From NCBI GenBank assembly GCA_051530055.1, contig CM121343.1:1954389-2018388 (forward strand): a stretch of DNA of 64,000 nt. Direction: 5' to 3'. Source of the stretch: Neoechinorhynchus agilis. Its lineage: Eukaryota; Animalia; Acanthocephala. Below are positions 38,578 to 50,010 of the stretch, in pieces. Below the pieces are notes generated by a model. The model saw only the letters and a program-made list of their open reading frames with translations. It did no database searches and was not told where the DNA came from. The position numbers and the translations under genes are program-made. The stretch's first letter is position 1; each line of letters starts with the position of its first letter.

Positions 38578-40077
38578 GTGGTTTCCTCAGGAGCGGATTT
38601 CGTTTCAAGATTGAAATCGTCTTGGAATTCCCAGTATAGGATGCTGTCGGCAGATGTGATCTCCCTCTTCACCAAAATTCCTGTCGATGTGGCAATAGAT
38701 CTCGCAGTTCCTCTCCTGTCCACGAACACTGAATGGAATTTAACTAATAGTGACTGGCGAAAGCTATTGCAGTTTTGCACCAGATTCTGCAACTTCCAGT
38801 TCAACGGCATCGACTATGATCAGAAAGATGGAGTAGCAATGGGCAGCCCGTTAGCCCCTGTGCTTGCTGAGCTAGATATGCGGCACTGGGAGGACGAACA
38901 TTTGCCGTCGATACAGGGGGTTAATATCTGGTTCAGATATGTGGACGACACGTTCCTGTTGATCGACCCTTCAGAGACTAAAATGAATCGCCTTAAACAT
39001 GAACTGAATGGAAGGGACGACAATATTCAGTGGACGATCGAGGAGGAGGACCATGGTAAGTTTCCGTTCCTGGATGTGTGGATATACCGATTAGCCAGTG
39101 GAAACTACACGACCAGCGTGTACCGAAAGAGAGGTATACCAGTGGGCCTTGTGCCATGGACATCAGCCCAACCTCGCAAATACAAAAATTCGAGGATTAG
39201 GTCACTCATCCATCGTGCTCTTACACATTGTAGCAACGCTAAGTTGTGTAACGAGGAGATTGATTACCTAAAGTACATATCAGGTCGATATGGTATCAAG
39301 CTGGATAATATCATGCTTGTTGATCCTGTTAAACAGCCTTTCCGGATAAAGATTATTGATTTTGGGTGGGCTATCACTCCAGATCCAACGGCGAACTATA
39401 CGTGCATTCAAAATCGAATTTACCGTGCTCCCGAAATCATAATCGGATACCAATTCATCGAGTCAATCGACATGTGGAGTCTAGCCGTAACTCTGGTGAC
39501 ACTCTATCTCGGATGCTATATGTATCCCGGATATTTTGAGTTCGAGCAACTCAAATACATTACGGACACTCAAGGACCTCTTCCCATGGACATGCTCATT
39601 CGCGGAACAAAAACTGCGCAATTTTTCGATGTATATAGGCAGAATTCCGGCGACCTTGTATTTGAGTTAAAGAACGTCAACTCCTACAACGCTGAAACGG
39701 GTCTTTTATTTCGGGAACGGCGACGATACCAACTTCATTCATTGGATGACCTTGCTATTCTGGTTTTGCGTGGCGAAAATATTGGCCCAAACGCCGCAGC
39801 CCAGGAACTTGACCGTCTATGTTTTACTGATTTGATGAAGAAAATGCTGACACTCGATCCACACGTTCGAATGAGTGCAATTCTTGGATTAGAACATCCA
39901 TTTTTGACTTTGGATCATTTATTCGCTGAACCCGAATACCTTCAAGGGAGCCGCAATGATATGAAGGTTTGTCCAATTACAAGCTACCATCACAAACGTC
40001 TTCAGGACGAACAGAGACCGTTACTGAATACCTCGTGGCTTATTGAAGATTATAGGGGAACTCAGCGGAATATTTGA
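38578..40077 (+). CDS. Chimeric ORF: Penelope-like RT core/thumb fused in frame to the C-terminal half of the HIPK-like kinase
   Basis: About 239 aa of PLE RT (ADVISLF, GVAMGSPLAP, FRYVDD, FPFLDV) run into IKLDN...IDFG...RAPE at 39294. The kinase part is near-identical to 51265-52038. Confidence 0.8.
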   Translation: MVSSGADFVSRLKSSWNSQYRMLSADVISLFTKIPVDVAIDLAVPLLSTNTEWNLTNSDWRKLLQFCTRFCNFQFNGIDYDQKDGVAMGSPLAPVLAELDMRHWEDEHLPSIQGVNIWFRYVDDTFLLIDPSETKMNRLKHELNGRDDNIQWTIEEEDHGKFPFLDVWIYRLASGNYTTSVYRKRGIPVGLVPWTSAQPRKYKNSRIRSLIHRALTHCSNAKLCNEEIDYLKYISGRYGIKLDNIMLVDPVKQPFRIKIIDFGWAITPDPTANYTCIQNRIYRAPEIIIGYQFIESIDMWSLAVTLVTLYLGCYMYPGYFEFEQLKYITDTQGPLPMDMLIRGTKTAQFFDVYRQNSGDLVFELKNVNSYNAETGLLFRERRRYQLHSLDDLAILVLRGENIGPNAAAQELDRLCFTDLMKKMLTLDPHVRMSAILGLEHPFLTLDHLFAEPEYLQGSRNDMKVCPITSYHHKRLQDEQRPLLNTSWLIEDYRGTQRNI

Positions 40078-41142
40078 CACGAAGACTCTTCGGACAAGAA
40101 TTTCACCATTTGGACAACAATCTTGGAATTTAAAAATAAAACGTTTGGTCAATATTTCTTGCATGGCGCAATGCTATATTTATAGAAGAGATAAAAATTT
40201 AAACGGGTTTATCAAGAAAATACAGAATCCATTTCGTTGAATTTTGTTGTCTTTATCATAGAATTTGCGATCTTGGTAAATCTCGAAAGTCATTAATTAT
40301 TTCTATGTTTTAATTAGTTAATTCTTGTGATCTACGAAGCTACTCCTTTATTTGTTTTTAAATTCTCTAAAAATAGGGCCAAAATTTTGATGCATTGTGC
40401 AATTGCTAGATTTAACAAATAATATTATCGGATCAACATTTATCCGAAATTTTTAAAAAGTTTGTTTAAAAACTTAAAATCTCATATATTCTAACCATTA
40501 TAAAAATATAAATATTTTTGATGGGCAATGGACTTTAAAAGAAATCTAAAGAAATTAAATTCAATTGCCGGCTTTAAAATGATATAATTGCATAAGAAAC
40601 TAGAATTAGAAGTTGAGTTTTCTTATTATTTGATATGCTTCTCGCGTATCGACCGACAGCAAAAAAAATAATACTGTCATCGAATAAAAATTTATTGCGC
40701 ACTTGCTATTGTATTAACTTTTCCGAAAAATATTATTTGATATGAAACAATGATAATGTCTCTTGTTTACAATGTCGTTCCTCTTTCTTATATAACCGTC
40801 AATAATACGCTTGCTCGATTTTTCCCGACGTCGAATGACCGCTTAATTGCTGCATTCAGCTTATTATTTAGCATCGCCGCGCCAATTACATTAAAAGAAA
40901 ACGTGCCAATCTTTTCATTGTTCAACTTGTCTTCCCAGCGAAGGACAAAAATTTATTTATTTATTTCGTGTTTTTCTGACGTGATATCTTCTCTATAATG
41001 ACAAATCGATATCTTTTTCATGGAAGCCGAGTGCCATTCGGGCTTTGGTAACTGGAATACCTACGTTGTGTTTCGTTTTTCATTTATTTGGAAAGATTTT
41101 CTCTCGACCGAAAGCAAAAAAACCAGTGCAAGGTTGATTTCC

Positions 41143-41395
41143 TTGAAGATAAATTTTGTGTTTTCATATTATTAACAAACTTTATTTCTTGAGGTATAAA
41201 ATTCAATGTTTAGCAAGTTTTTTCAGAAATTCATGTAATAATATTAAGGGATATGAAAAACGTTGATGAGGGGAGCGTTTAACCTTTTAATACCGAACCT
41301 TGTCACAATGTCCGACGGATAAATGGCAAAGAATTAAAGAAAAAGGACAGCAGCAAACGTGCTTTTTAAAATATTTACTTGAGCTATTTTTGACT
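41143..41395 (+). repeat. Diverged duplicate of the ROCK stop/3' flank (31101-31331)
   Basis: cttgaagataaattttgtgttttcatattattaa...ccgaacct(c/t)gtc...gacggataaat...agctat is shared with 31101-31331. Confidence 0.75.
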
Positions 41396-42039
41396 ACCAC
41401 TTTCTTGGATCTACATCGAATCTGTGAGGGCCTTTCGTAATCTTTTTTTGTTGTAAATATCATATTTTTTACTAATTCCTCGTATAAGTGCAAATATTAT
41501 ATTGTATATTATCATTTAGCTTCAATTTAGTCAAAAAAACCTAGTTTAATGAGTCAATAATCGTTTTTGATAAAGAATGGACAATGAAAATAATTGAACT
41601 AATAGAACAGTAGAATATTAGAGACTTAAAAGATCATCCCAGCATGAGGGACGATTAAAATTATTTTGTTGTTTTCAATTTTATTTTGATGGCATGGGCA
41701 TTTCGGTGGTTGAATGAGAAGTCCATTCGAAAGGAATAGAGATCTAGAGATATCTCATATATTCGACCCTTATTTGTTCGTTGCCAGGGTTTTTCATGCC
41801 ATTAAATAATTTTCTGATTTAGGAAAAAAATGATTATACAATGATGAAGGACGGATTTTGGTATGCTGTGTATAATAAATAAAAATAAATGAGAATGTTG
41901 AACACTTGATAAAACGTACATCACAGAAAGCAGAGAAAATCTTTTTCGCGCTGCGGGTAACTGCTCACTGCCTGAATATCCACATGAAAGATTGAGAGCA
42001 TAAAAAATCTTCATATAAAGTGTAATTCTCGCCAAAAAA

Positions 42040-42700
42040 AGGATTGAAGTATTTTCCGGTTTGCTTCATACCATCCCCAATAAGCTGGCAGAGAAATATC
42101 GGCTCCTTTTCTGATACCCAAATCGCCGGAGGCCTCGTCCGAGTGCTGAGTATTTAAAATTTTCTCGAGAGAGGTTTTTACCATCTCGTCTAATTTTGCC
42201 TGTATATCCTTATGTCTAGAAAAGGTGCTGTGCAGAACTTATGCAACAATTTTTGAATGAAGAGGTGGTTTTTATTAGAAACAGAGCCTCGTGCGAAGTT
42301 AATTCATCAACTAATTCGCACAGTACCGAAAGTTGCAGTTGAAGATTGACAATCTCTGCTTCTACATTAGAACCAAAAGTGCAGCTTCCTAGAAGACTCG
42401 ACCGGTTTAGAGTGATCAATTCTATCCTGGGGCCATGTTCTGGAAATCCTTCACGGTAGTTTTCCTGTTCGCCTCATCTTCCACGTTCATCACTAAAATC
42501 TCGCATTTCGCAGCATTCAATTCAATGCCAATTTTCGCCGTCTCCTTCACGAGTGTCTCCGAATCCGGCACCATAAAGGTATCAGCCGTTAAAGTTTGAC
42601 TGGAGAGAATGCGCGACGGGATTGAATGCGAGTGAGAAGGCTATCGGGCCCAAAGGATCCCTTGTTGAACTTCTATTTGTGACCCTGTTGTTGTTCAACA
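42040..42700 (-). pseudogene. Degenerate CRE-like non-LTR retrotransposon RT fragment
   Basis: Fragmented RDPLGPIAFSLAFNPVAHSLQS, HEALFLIK and GDLGIRKGADISLPAY resemble CRE-clade motifs (GDPLGP.LF, H.AL.LL, GGLG+R....ALPA). Confidence 0.55.
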
Positions 42701-43197
42701 ACCACGTTTTGTGGAGAGAAATGAGGAAATTCGGGTGAATGCCAATGGAAAATGATCTTATGATCAGTATGATTTGATGTTCAATAACCACGTTTTGTAT
42801 TCAGAAACAATACCCACTCCGAATGCAATAGTGATCACCATTAGAAGACATTCACCAATAGACGAGACGGTGAAAGCATCGGCGATAAATGATTTTGAAC
42901 CCCTTTGACCCTGAAAAAAAGGATGTCATTTACGACGTTTAATCGTACAAAGCTAGATTTAAACGATCTTATTTATTGATTGTTTGTACCGTTGCTGCAG
43001 TCATTAAGCAAAGCTGATTTTATTTCCAGTGCTAAAGAGAGCAATCGCTTATAAGTAAACTTGAATTGGATTTAATTACAAAAAACAGAACTAATTAAGC
43101 TTAAATACGTTGGCTCTACGGATTGATCACCATGGCAACTAAATATCTAATATGTTCAAAATTTAGTAGTGGGACGTTCATCAACTTCATCTTCAGA

Positions 43198-43539
43198 ATG
43201 GAAACACCGTGCCACGACTACCCACTCCAAGGCATGTACGTCGTCAATTTGGAAGTTCAACACGGTTCAACGATGTTGCCGTTGTACTTGCAAAGAGATA
43301 GACCTATCAGAGTATCGGATCTCCAAGAGAAAATCGCGAAGGTTTCATGCATTCCTCTGTGCATGCAGCGAATTTACTTTGAAGGACAGTACCTCCATCG
43401 ATGGCCTAACGCACGGCTCTTGGACTTTGGCGTCGTGAATGGAGTTCGTTTAACTCTTGCCGGCACCACCTGCACAAGACACGATCCAAAGTGCACTGAG
43501 TGTCTCGTTTGTAAGGATGCCAACGTTTGTTATCACTGA
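43198..43539 (+). CDS. Small ubiquitin-like-domain protein (BAG1-type UBL) with a Cys/His-rich C-terminal tail
   Basis: VNLEVQHGSTMLPLYL...VSDLQEKIAKVSCIPLCMQRIYFEGQYL...LLDFGVVNGVRLTLAG fits the UBL pattern. Tail is CTRHDPKCTECLVCKDANVCYH. Confidence 0.65.
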   Translation: METPCHDYPLQGMYVVNLEVQHGSTMLPLYLQRDRPIRVSDLQEKIAKVSCIPLCMQRIYFEGQYLHRWPNARLLDFGVVNGVRLTLAGTTCTRHDPKCTECLVCKDANVCYH

Positions 43540-43855
43540 GGGCGACAGAGTTAAAATTATTTACTGACCAAAAATAAGCTTTTTGAATGAGTACAATGCT
43601 TTTGGAAAAATAGGGATGGATTGCAAGCTTTGCGGCCAACTATTGAGTTTCGTGGTAAGACTGCCAGTAATATCAATGGCGGAAAACACTAATCTGGGGA
43701 ACAAAGAGACGCATCCACGAAAACTCTGAGTTAGTTTCAATGCAGTCTGTCAATATAGAGGTGAATCTCTTTGCGGCCTGATATCACGTGCCTATTGGGA
43801 TTATTTTAAGAACGTCTCTAGGCAAAACTCGTACAATATTCCCTTCAAATGGAAT

Positions 43856-44353
43856 TTAATTTTGTACTGGTGATAGGATTTTTAGGCCCACAATCAATGG
43901 ACTTTGGGGATGAACCGGAACCGCCGCAGCGTGAATCACGGGGCCATGAACCCTTAGAACTCCTGTTTTCATCAGGGAGAAAATCTCATCACAAACCTCA
44001 CAGAATCCTGCTGAGAAGCACGCTCGTGTTTTATCCATTACAACCCAATTCACGAGTTTGTGTTCATATACCGGTTCATTAAAAGATCTAATTCGCAGTA
44101 ATCTGTATTTTATACCCGAGAAAGGAAATAAGAATTCAGCACAGTAGGGACAAATTATAGCATTGATTGTCGATGGAATGCGACTTCTAAAATCGAATTG
44201 TCGACCGCATTGCTTTATGTTCATGGGCACCGGTATGAGAAAGTAAAGCATCGTGTACAAAACTGTCGGAATCATTGAATCATATAGCGTTTGTAATAAA
44301 TTCCATTCAAGGTTTAAGATAATCTTTTCCCTGAACATTTTATCCGATTTCAA
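43856..44353 (-). CDS. Possible RNase P subunit Rpr2/RPP21-like zinc-ribbon protein
   Basis: RIPSTINAIICPYCAEFLFP...YRL...CEVC gives two CxxC pairs in an Rpr2-like context. Similarity judged by eye only. Confidence 0.35.
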   Translation of the reverse strand: MKSDKMFREKIILNLEWNLLQTLYDSMIPTVLYTMLYFLIPVPMNIKQCGRQFDFRSRIPSTINAIICPYCAEFLFPFSGIKYRLLRIRSFNEPVYEHKLVNWVVMDKTRACFSAGFCEVCDEIFSLMKTGVLRVHGPVIHAAAVPVHPQSPLIVGLKILSPVQN

Positions 44354-44853
44354 GCGCTACAGAAACTTCGCTGTGAACAATGTCGATTTAGAACGATACA
44401 ATTCTTTAAAGCTTGTTACTTTTCCAAAAGAAGGGGTTTTACTTGCTCGTTAAAATGACGATAAATGTACTATCTCACCTGCAAAGATGCTCTCGAAATG
44501 CGTTGTAAATAAGCTCAGAATAAATAAAAAAACGCATTTATCGATTTTCTTGGACGAACATTCCAGTTTTGCACAACACATCCCTCGGATTATTGAATCG
44601 TGACAAGGATTAAGAGGTTTTTGGTAGAATTCGAATATCAGTAATCCTCCATTAAGATGACCTTGTAAATCATGTGATGTGTTGCGGAAAATAAAATCCT
44701 GTTTATAATTTGATTCCAAGTGATCATGTGATCGAATAATTTGCTGCTCTTAAATGAGGGCAATCGCCACCTTTACATAAAGTTTTGTGAACGTTATAGA
44801 TCTCAAATTTATTTAACTGCAAATTTTTTAACCGCAAAAATCAGAAAAGGGCA

Positions 44854-45606
44854 ATGGAGACTCAAGCAACTACGACAAATCAAAATGCACCAATTAATAA
44901 CGATCAGCGAAATCAGAGAGAGACGGCCAAAATCCAAATAATAATCCAACTATTGAAAATAACTCGACTAATGTTAATTTTCAAGGCCAACCCCAATTTC
45001 AGGAGCAGAGCTTTCAGACAACGGCAACCGCAATTTCGCCATCGAACCGCCAAGCGTTGATCCCGCTATGTTCAATCTGTAATGAAGTTCACCCTTATGA
45101 AACCGTTCCAAATCAAAGACTGTTATCTGTGCCCGTTGTACCAGTTCAAAAAGCGAGATTTTACAGACTGCGAAGAGGGTATACCTTTAAATCCGATAGA
45201 TTTAACTATGTTGCCCAATCGATTATTGGCCACGGATCCTTTGCCAATGTGATAAAATGCATCCAACAAGAAAGTGGAGTTCAGGTTGCGCTAAAGGTTC
45301 AAACTTACCGTTCGTCAATAGCAAGCGATGCCGAAGTAAAAATTCTCCGAAAATTAGAGATTAATAAGGCACGTGATTTTAACATCGTTGCTACATTTGA
45401 CGCTTTCCAACAGAATTGTCATCAATGTATTGCATCTGAAACGCTTGCGATAGACATGTTCCAATATCTCAAAAAGAGAGATTTCAAACCCTTGGCACCA
45501 AAGTTGAGACAACTACGGATTATCCACGCTGATATCAAGCTGGATAATATCATGCTTGTTGATCCCGTTAAACAGCCTTTCCGGATAAAGATTATTGATT
45601 TTGGGT
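44854..45606 (+). pseudogene. HIPK-like kinase pseudogene, N-terminal half only
   Basis: Paralog of 50533-51326 with a frameshift near 44920, a 45-bp in-frame deletion (KPLAPKL vs KPLALRFIRPIADQCFAALAKL) and truncation right after IDFG. Confidence 0.85.
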
Positions 45607-45972
45607 AGTTCTCTGAACGTCGGAAATGACGATCCAGAATTCCTGTGTCGTACAAAATAAAAAAATAAAAAATATAAAATATTTCCAATCAGAGATTTTG
45701 ATCAACACATCCCCGAGAACAAAAAAGACGACTGTGAACGAGTATTATGAACAGTGGTGGGTCCGCTCATTAATGACGATTTTTAAGCAGAGACAGACCC
45801 ACTCATATCAATATGTCTTGGATTATTATTTTCGGGGGAAAGGATACTACTTTTTGGTAGTTTAGCCACCCGGATCCGGGGAGGGGGTAGCAAAACTACG
45901 AAAACAAAGGAAAATCATATCAATATGTTGTCTTTTTTCTAATCGATCACTTACTTAAATATTACAAGAAAT

Positions 45973-48447
45973 CATTCATTATTACTGTTGGGTGGAACGA
46001 GATTTGTTTTGTGCGGACACCCAGACGTTTTTTATTATGCAAATTTTCGGAGAGCAAAGTCTCCCTCTTCAGACTTAAGACATGCCGAGAAAACAGCATC
46101 ATACCTAACTGCGCAAAATTAAAATCGGGGATGATCGGCTTCGATAATTCTAATCTCAGAAAAGAAATGGAAATGAGACTGGTCAGGTTCGGCATCCAGG
46201 AAATGAGAGGACGTTATTCAGGTTATAACGAAAAACGACTAAGATTATGGGAATTCCTCATTCGAAAACTGGAATCGCACGACATAAAATTTATGACGGA
46301 CCATGTCAACAAAAGTGGTAAGAAACACGAAGACAAAATCAAGGCCGGGGATGCCAAAAAGCTTAGAAAACTGGGAATTCGTAAAGAAAACGATATAGGA
46401 CCCGAAGCTATTAACTTATCATCGAAAAATCTAAGCGAGGATGTAATGAAGGTTCTCAATCCGGGACCAGAATTCGTACCTTTTAAGCGAATGAAAGATT
46501 CTCAGATAAGATGCGATTTTGAAATTATGATGAAGAGAGTACCAGGAGAAATCAAAAGTCGTATCGCTGCCTGTGATACTAGGGCCATAATTGAAAACCG
46601 TCGCGGAAAACATAACATCGAAGCAGCAGAAAATTCTGAAAATGCTCAAGGAAGATAGGACCATCACGATCTGCAAAGCAGATAAAGGTAGAAATCTTGT
46701 AGTGGTGAACACTGAAGATTACCAAAAACAAGGAGATATACTTCTTCAGTCAGGAAAATTTAAAACGCTAGAGATAGATCCCACAAAGAATAGGAGCAAG
46801 AAACTTGGAGTTTTTGAAGGATCTGAAGCGTAGGAAGATGATTTCGGAGGAATTTTATTACAAAACCAAATCCACATCGTCCTACACACCGTTTCTCTAC
46901 CTGTCTCCGAAGATACATAAACCCCAACTACAATTCCGCCCAATAATCGCAAATTACGGATCATTCAACCATAACCTTGCGCGAATGATCAATATGCAAA
47001 TGAAAGTCATTGCAGAAGACGATTGGTTCTCTAAGGTCAAGGATGGAATAGAATTCTCTAAGAGAATAAGGGGAAGATGCTCAGAAGGAACCTGGCATGC
47101 CACAGCAGATGTTGAGGCGCTGTTCACGAATCTCCCTCTTATGAAGGCATCCAGGATGGCAACGAACCTTCCTGCCGAAAAGTGCACGACACCAGCGCTC
47201 CCAGCCAAGGATTGGCTAACCCTAATCCGATGGTGCACACGACAAAATGCGTTTACTTTTGAAGGAAGGGTCTTTGAACAAATAGATGGAGTCGCTATGG
47301 GGTCACCGATAGCACCGGCGCTCGCGGACATCTACATGAGGAAATGGGAGGAGAAGATAAAAGATAGGATACCCCAAATCAAGGAGTGGATACGTTATGT
47401 AGATGATGTGTTCATCGTCCTTAACGAAGACCCTAGGAAATGTAACCTTTTGGAAAGGCTGAACGAAGTAGACCCAAGCATAAAGTGGACCATTCAATTT
47501 GAGGAAAACAGGAGAATTCCATTTCTAGACGTGATGGTAAATCGAGGAAAAAGAAGAATAAACACAAGTCTCTATAGAAAGGAACATTTGAGTTGGCGAT
47601 GCCCACATTGGAGAAGCCACAAATCAAGGACATACAAAATATTGGCAGCAAAAGCACTGTATGCGAGAGCCAAACAAATATGTTCAAGTGCTTCGTGCTT
47701 CAAGGTGGAAGAAGATAAAATTACTAAAATGTTAAGAGAACAAGGATATCCTAACCAATCTATCAAACAAGCCAGGATGAAGATGTGGGGAACTATCAAA
47801 AAAGGAGATCAAAAGGAATGCGTAAAAGAAAACTCGATATGGTTGGGAGGCCGCTTCATTAGCGACGTATGCACGGCGAACGTTAGGAAGGCAACCCAGG
47901 GGATTCCTTGTAGGTTTTATACCAAAGCTGGTGGAACCCTTGCGGGGTACTTCAAGAGGAAGCCAGAAAGGAAGCACGACGCAGGGGTATACGGCATACC
48001 GTGTAAAGATTGCAATGCGGTCTATATAGGTCAGACCATCCAGGGACTGAAGAAACGCATTCAACAGCACAAATATAACGTGCGAAAAGGAGACACCGCG
48101 TCAGCGATTTTCAACCATATCTCCATACACGACCACGAGGTCAATTTTGAGGGCGCCAGGATGCTAGTGCAGGAAGAAAACCTGGAGAGGAGGTTGACAA
48201 TGGAAGCCCTGATGATTAAAAAAGAAGACCACCTTATGGAGGGCAACAAAAGTAATGTCACGCTTATGTTGCAGCCGGAAGAGGTTAAAACATGGTCCAG
48301 GATCCAGGATGCTACCGGGCAAGAGGCATTTTTTAAAAGAGATTCTCAAGACAATAATTTTTTCAGATGACCAAAAGCCTGAAGAGGGAGACTTTGCTCT
48401 CCGAAAATTTGCATAATAAAAAACGTCTGGGTGTCCGCACAAAACAA
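45973..48447 (+). mobile_element. Penelope-like retroelement (RT + GIY-YIG) with an inverted 5' pseudo-LTR and 12-bp TSD
   Basis: KADKG, LSPKIHK..FRPII, GVAMGSP, RYVDD and GIY-YIG GVYGIPCKDCNAVYIGQT. Two frameshifts near 46640 and 46810. 71-bp identical inverted repeat at 46002-46072 and 48379-48449. TSD attacaagaaat at 45961-45972 and 48448-48459. Confidence 0.93.
48377..48414 (+). ncRNA. Minimal hammerhead motif in the Penelope pseudo-LTR (second copy on the minus strand at ~46037-46074)
   Basis: CTGAAGA-G-GGAGA/ctttgc/TCTCC-GAA-AATT (palindromic stem III)-T-GC. Stem I is short and imperfect. Confidence 0.55.
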
Positions 48448-48464
48448 ATTACAAGAAATGTATT

Positions 48465-50010
48465 CTCGTGTGATGAAACATCGGCATGTGCTATTTTCTG
48501 GAAATACTTTAATCGCCTAAAAACTTGAATAGAAAATTTTTTTGTTCTTTTTAAAGGCTTTTTTGGAAGTCAACTCAAAAGATCCTTTTGATAATTAAGT
48601 ACTCGAGAGAAACTATTTGATTTGCACTTAGAATTTGTGAGGAAATCGATGGGAAATTTTGAATCTTCTATCTTCGAGTTTTCGTTCAAAGTTAGCAGGG
48701 GAAATGGTTGTCTCCCTTCGTTGATATTCAACGGACAATTTGGATTATTTATCAGATGAAAGCAGCAAAAGCCAGAACTGATTAGAAAACAAAAAATCAG
48801 TCTTTTTTATTGAATCCGTTGATGGTGATTACGGCAACAAAATAAATACCTTTCTAGATGAAATGCTACGAGCTACTTCATCGAGTGAGGATTTTAAGGG
48901 CGATTAAAGTGAAGTAACAGATATATTTTGTGATTAATAAGGAATAAATCTATATATTTTTTGTGTATTGTCCTATCCTCCCAAGTATATAGTATCGCAA
49001 TCAATTAATGGTCTACAATGCGGGGTGCAACAGGAGAAAACCATCATTAACTTAGCATTCTTGGAAGCTTGACCGATGATATACCAATGCAACTAATATT
49101 AAATACCAGAACGTAATGAATATCTCTAAACGAATGGAAAGTATAATGGAAATGCTAGCGAATGTAAAGGGAATCCATATCCTGAGTATGGATAAAAACA
49201 ACGAATTCTGTGTCCTAAATGAAACGCAATATAGGAGAATGGCAAATGAAAGTTTAAATGATACATCCCTTCAAAAGTTAAATGTCTCGCCAGCGGCCAA
49301 AAGGGAAAAAGAGCTTAACAGCCTTCTCCTAAGGCTTACAAGAATGGGAAAAATCCCTGAGACCTACTACAAAGATATGCTCGCACTCCCAAAATGTACA
49401 TCCCGACCAATAATAGCAGCTCATTGCTCATACAGTAACAAGGTCGCCTTAAAATTGACAGGTTTTCTGAGACCCAGTCTCGTAAGCAGAGACAGATACA
49501 ATCAAATCAATATTTCGTTTTATTTCCAATCGATCAGTTAATTAAATGTAACAATATATCTTGTGTGATAAACAATCGACATGGGCTAATCTTCGGGAAT
49601 ACTTCAATAGAAAATTTTTTGTTCTTCGTAAAAGCTTTTTTTGGAAGTCAACTCAAAAGATCTTTTTGACAATAAAGTACTCGAGACTTCGAGATGATGT
49701 TCAAAGTGAGCAGGGGAAATGGTTGTCTCCCATCGTTGATATTTAACGGACATTTTAGATTATTTGTAAAGAAGGAAGGTTACTCTATGAATGTAAGTTC
49801 AAAATGCATCCGTTCATTTAGATGCGGACAAGAGTGGAAAGATAGAATGAACGTTGCATTTCTAGCAACTGCGAAAAAAGTTTGTTTGTGAGGACGAAAA
49901 ATCCGTCCTTTGATTGAATCCGTTGATAGTAATTGCGACAAAATAAATATTTTTTAGATAAAATTATACGAGCGACATCACCGATTTAAGATTTTAAGGG
50001 CGATTGAAGT
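48465..50010 (+). repeat. Diverged direct duplication (48465-48930 vs 49560-50010) flanking a PLE fragment
   Basis: Shared blocks gaatagaaaatttttttgttct...ggaagtcaactcaaaagatc, caggggaaatggttgtctccc and gattttaagggcgatt. Confidence 0.75.
49116..49500 (+). pseudogene. Penelope-like RT N-terminal fragment (third, distinct PLE)
   Basis: IHILSMDKNNEFCVLNETQY...LLRLTRMGKIPETYY...LPK..SRPIIAAHCSYS matches the PLE ADKG...LPK.HK..RPI region. Confidence 0.65.
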
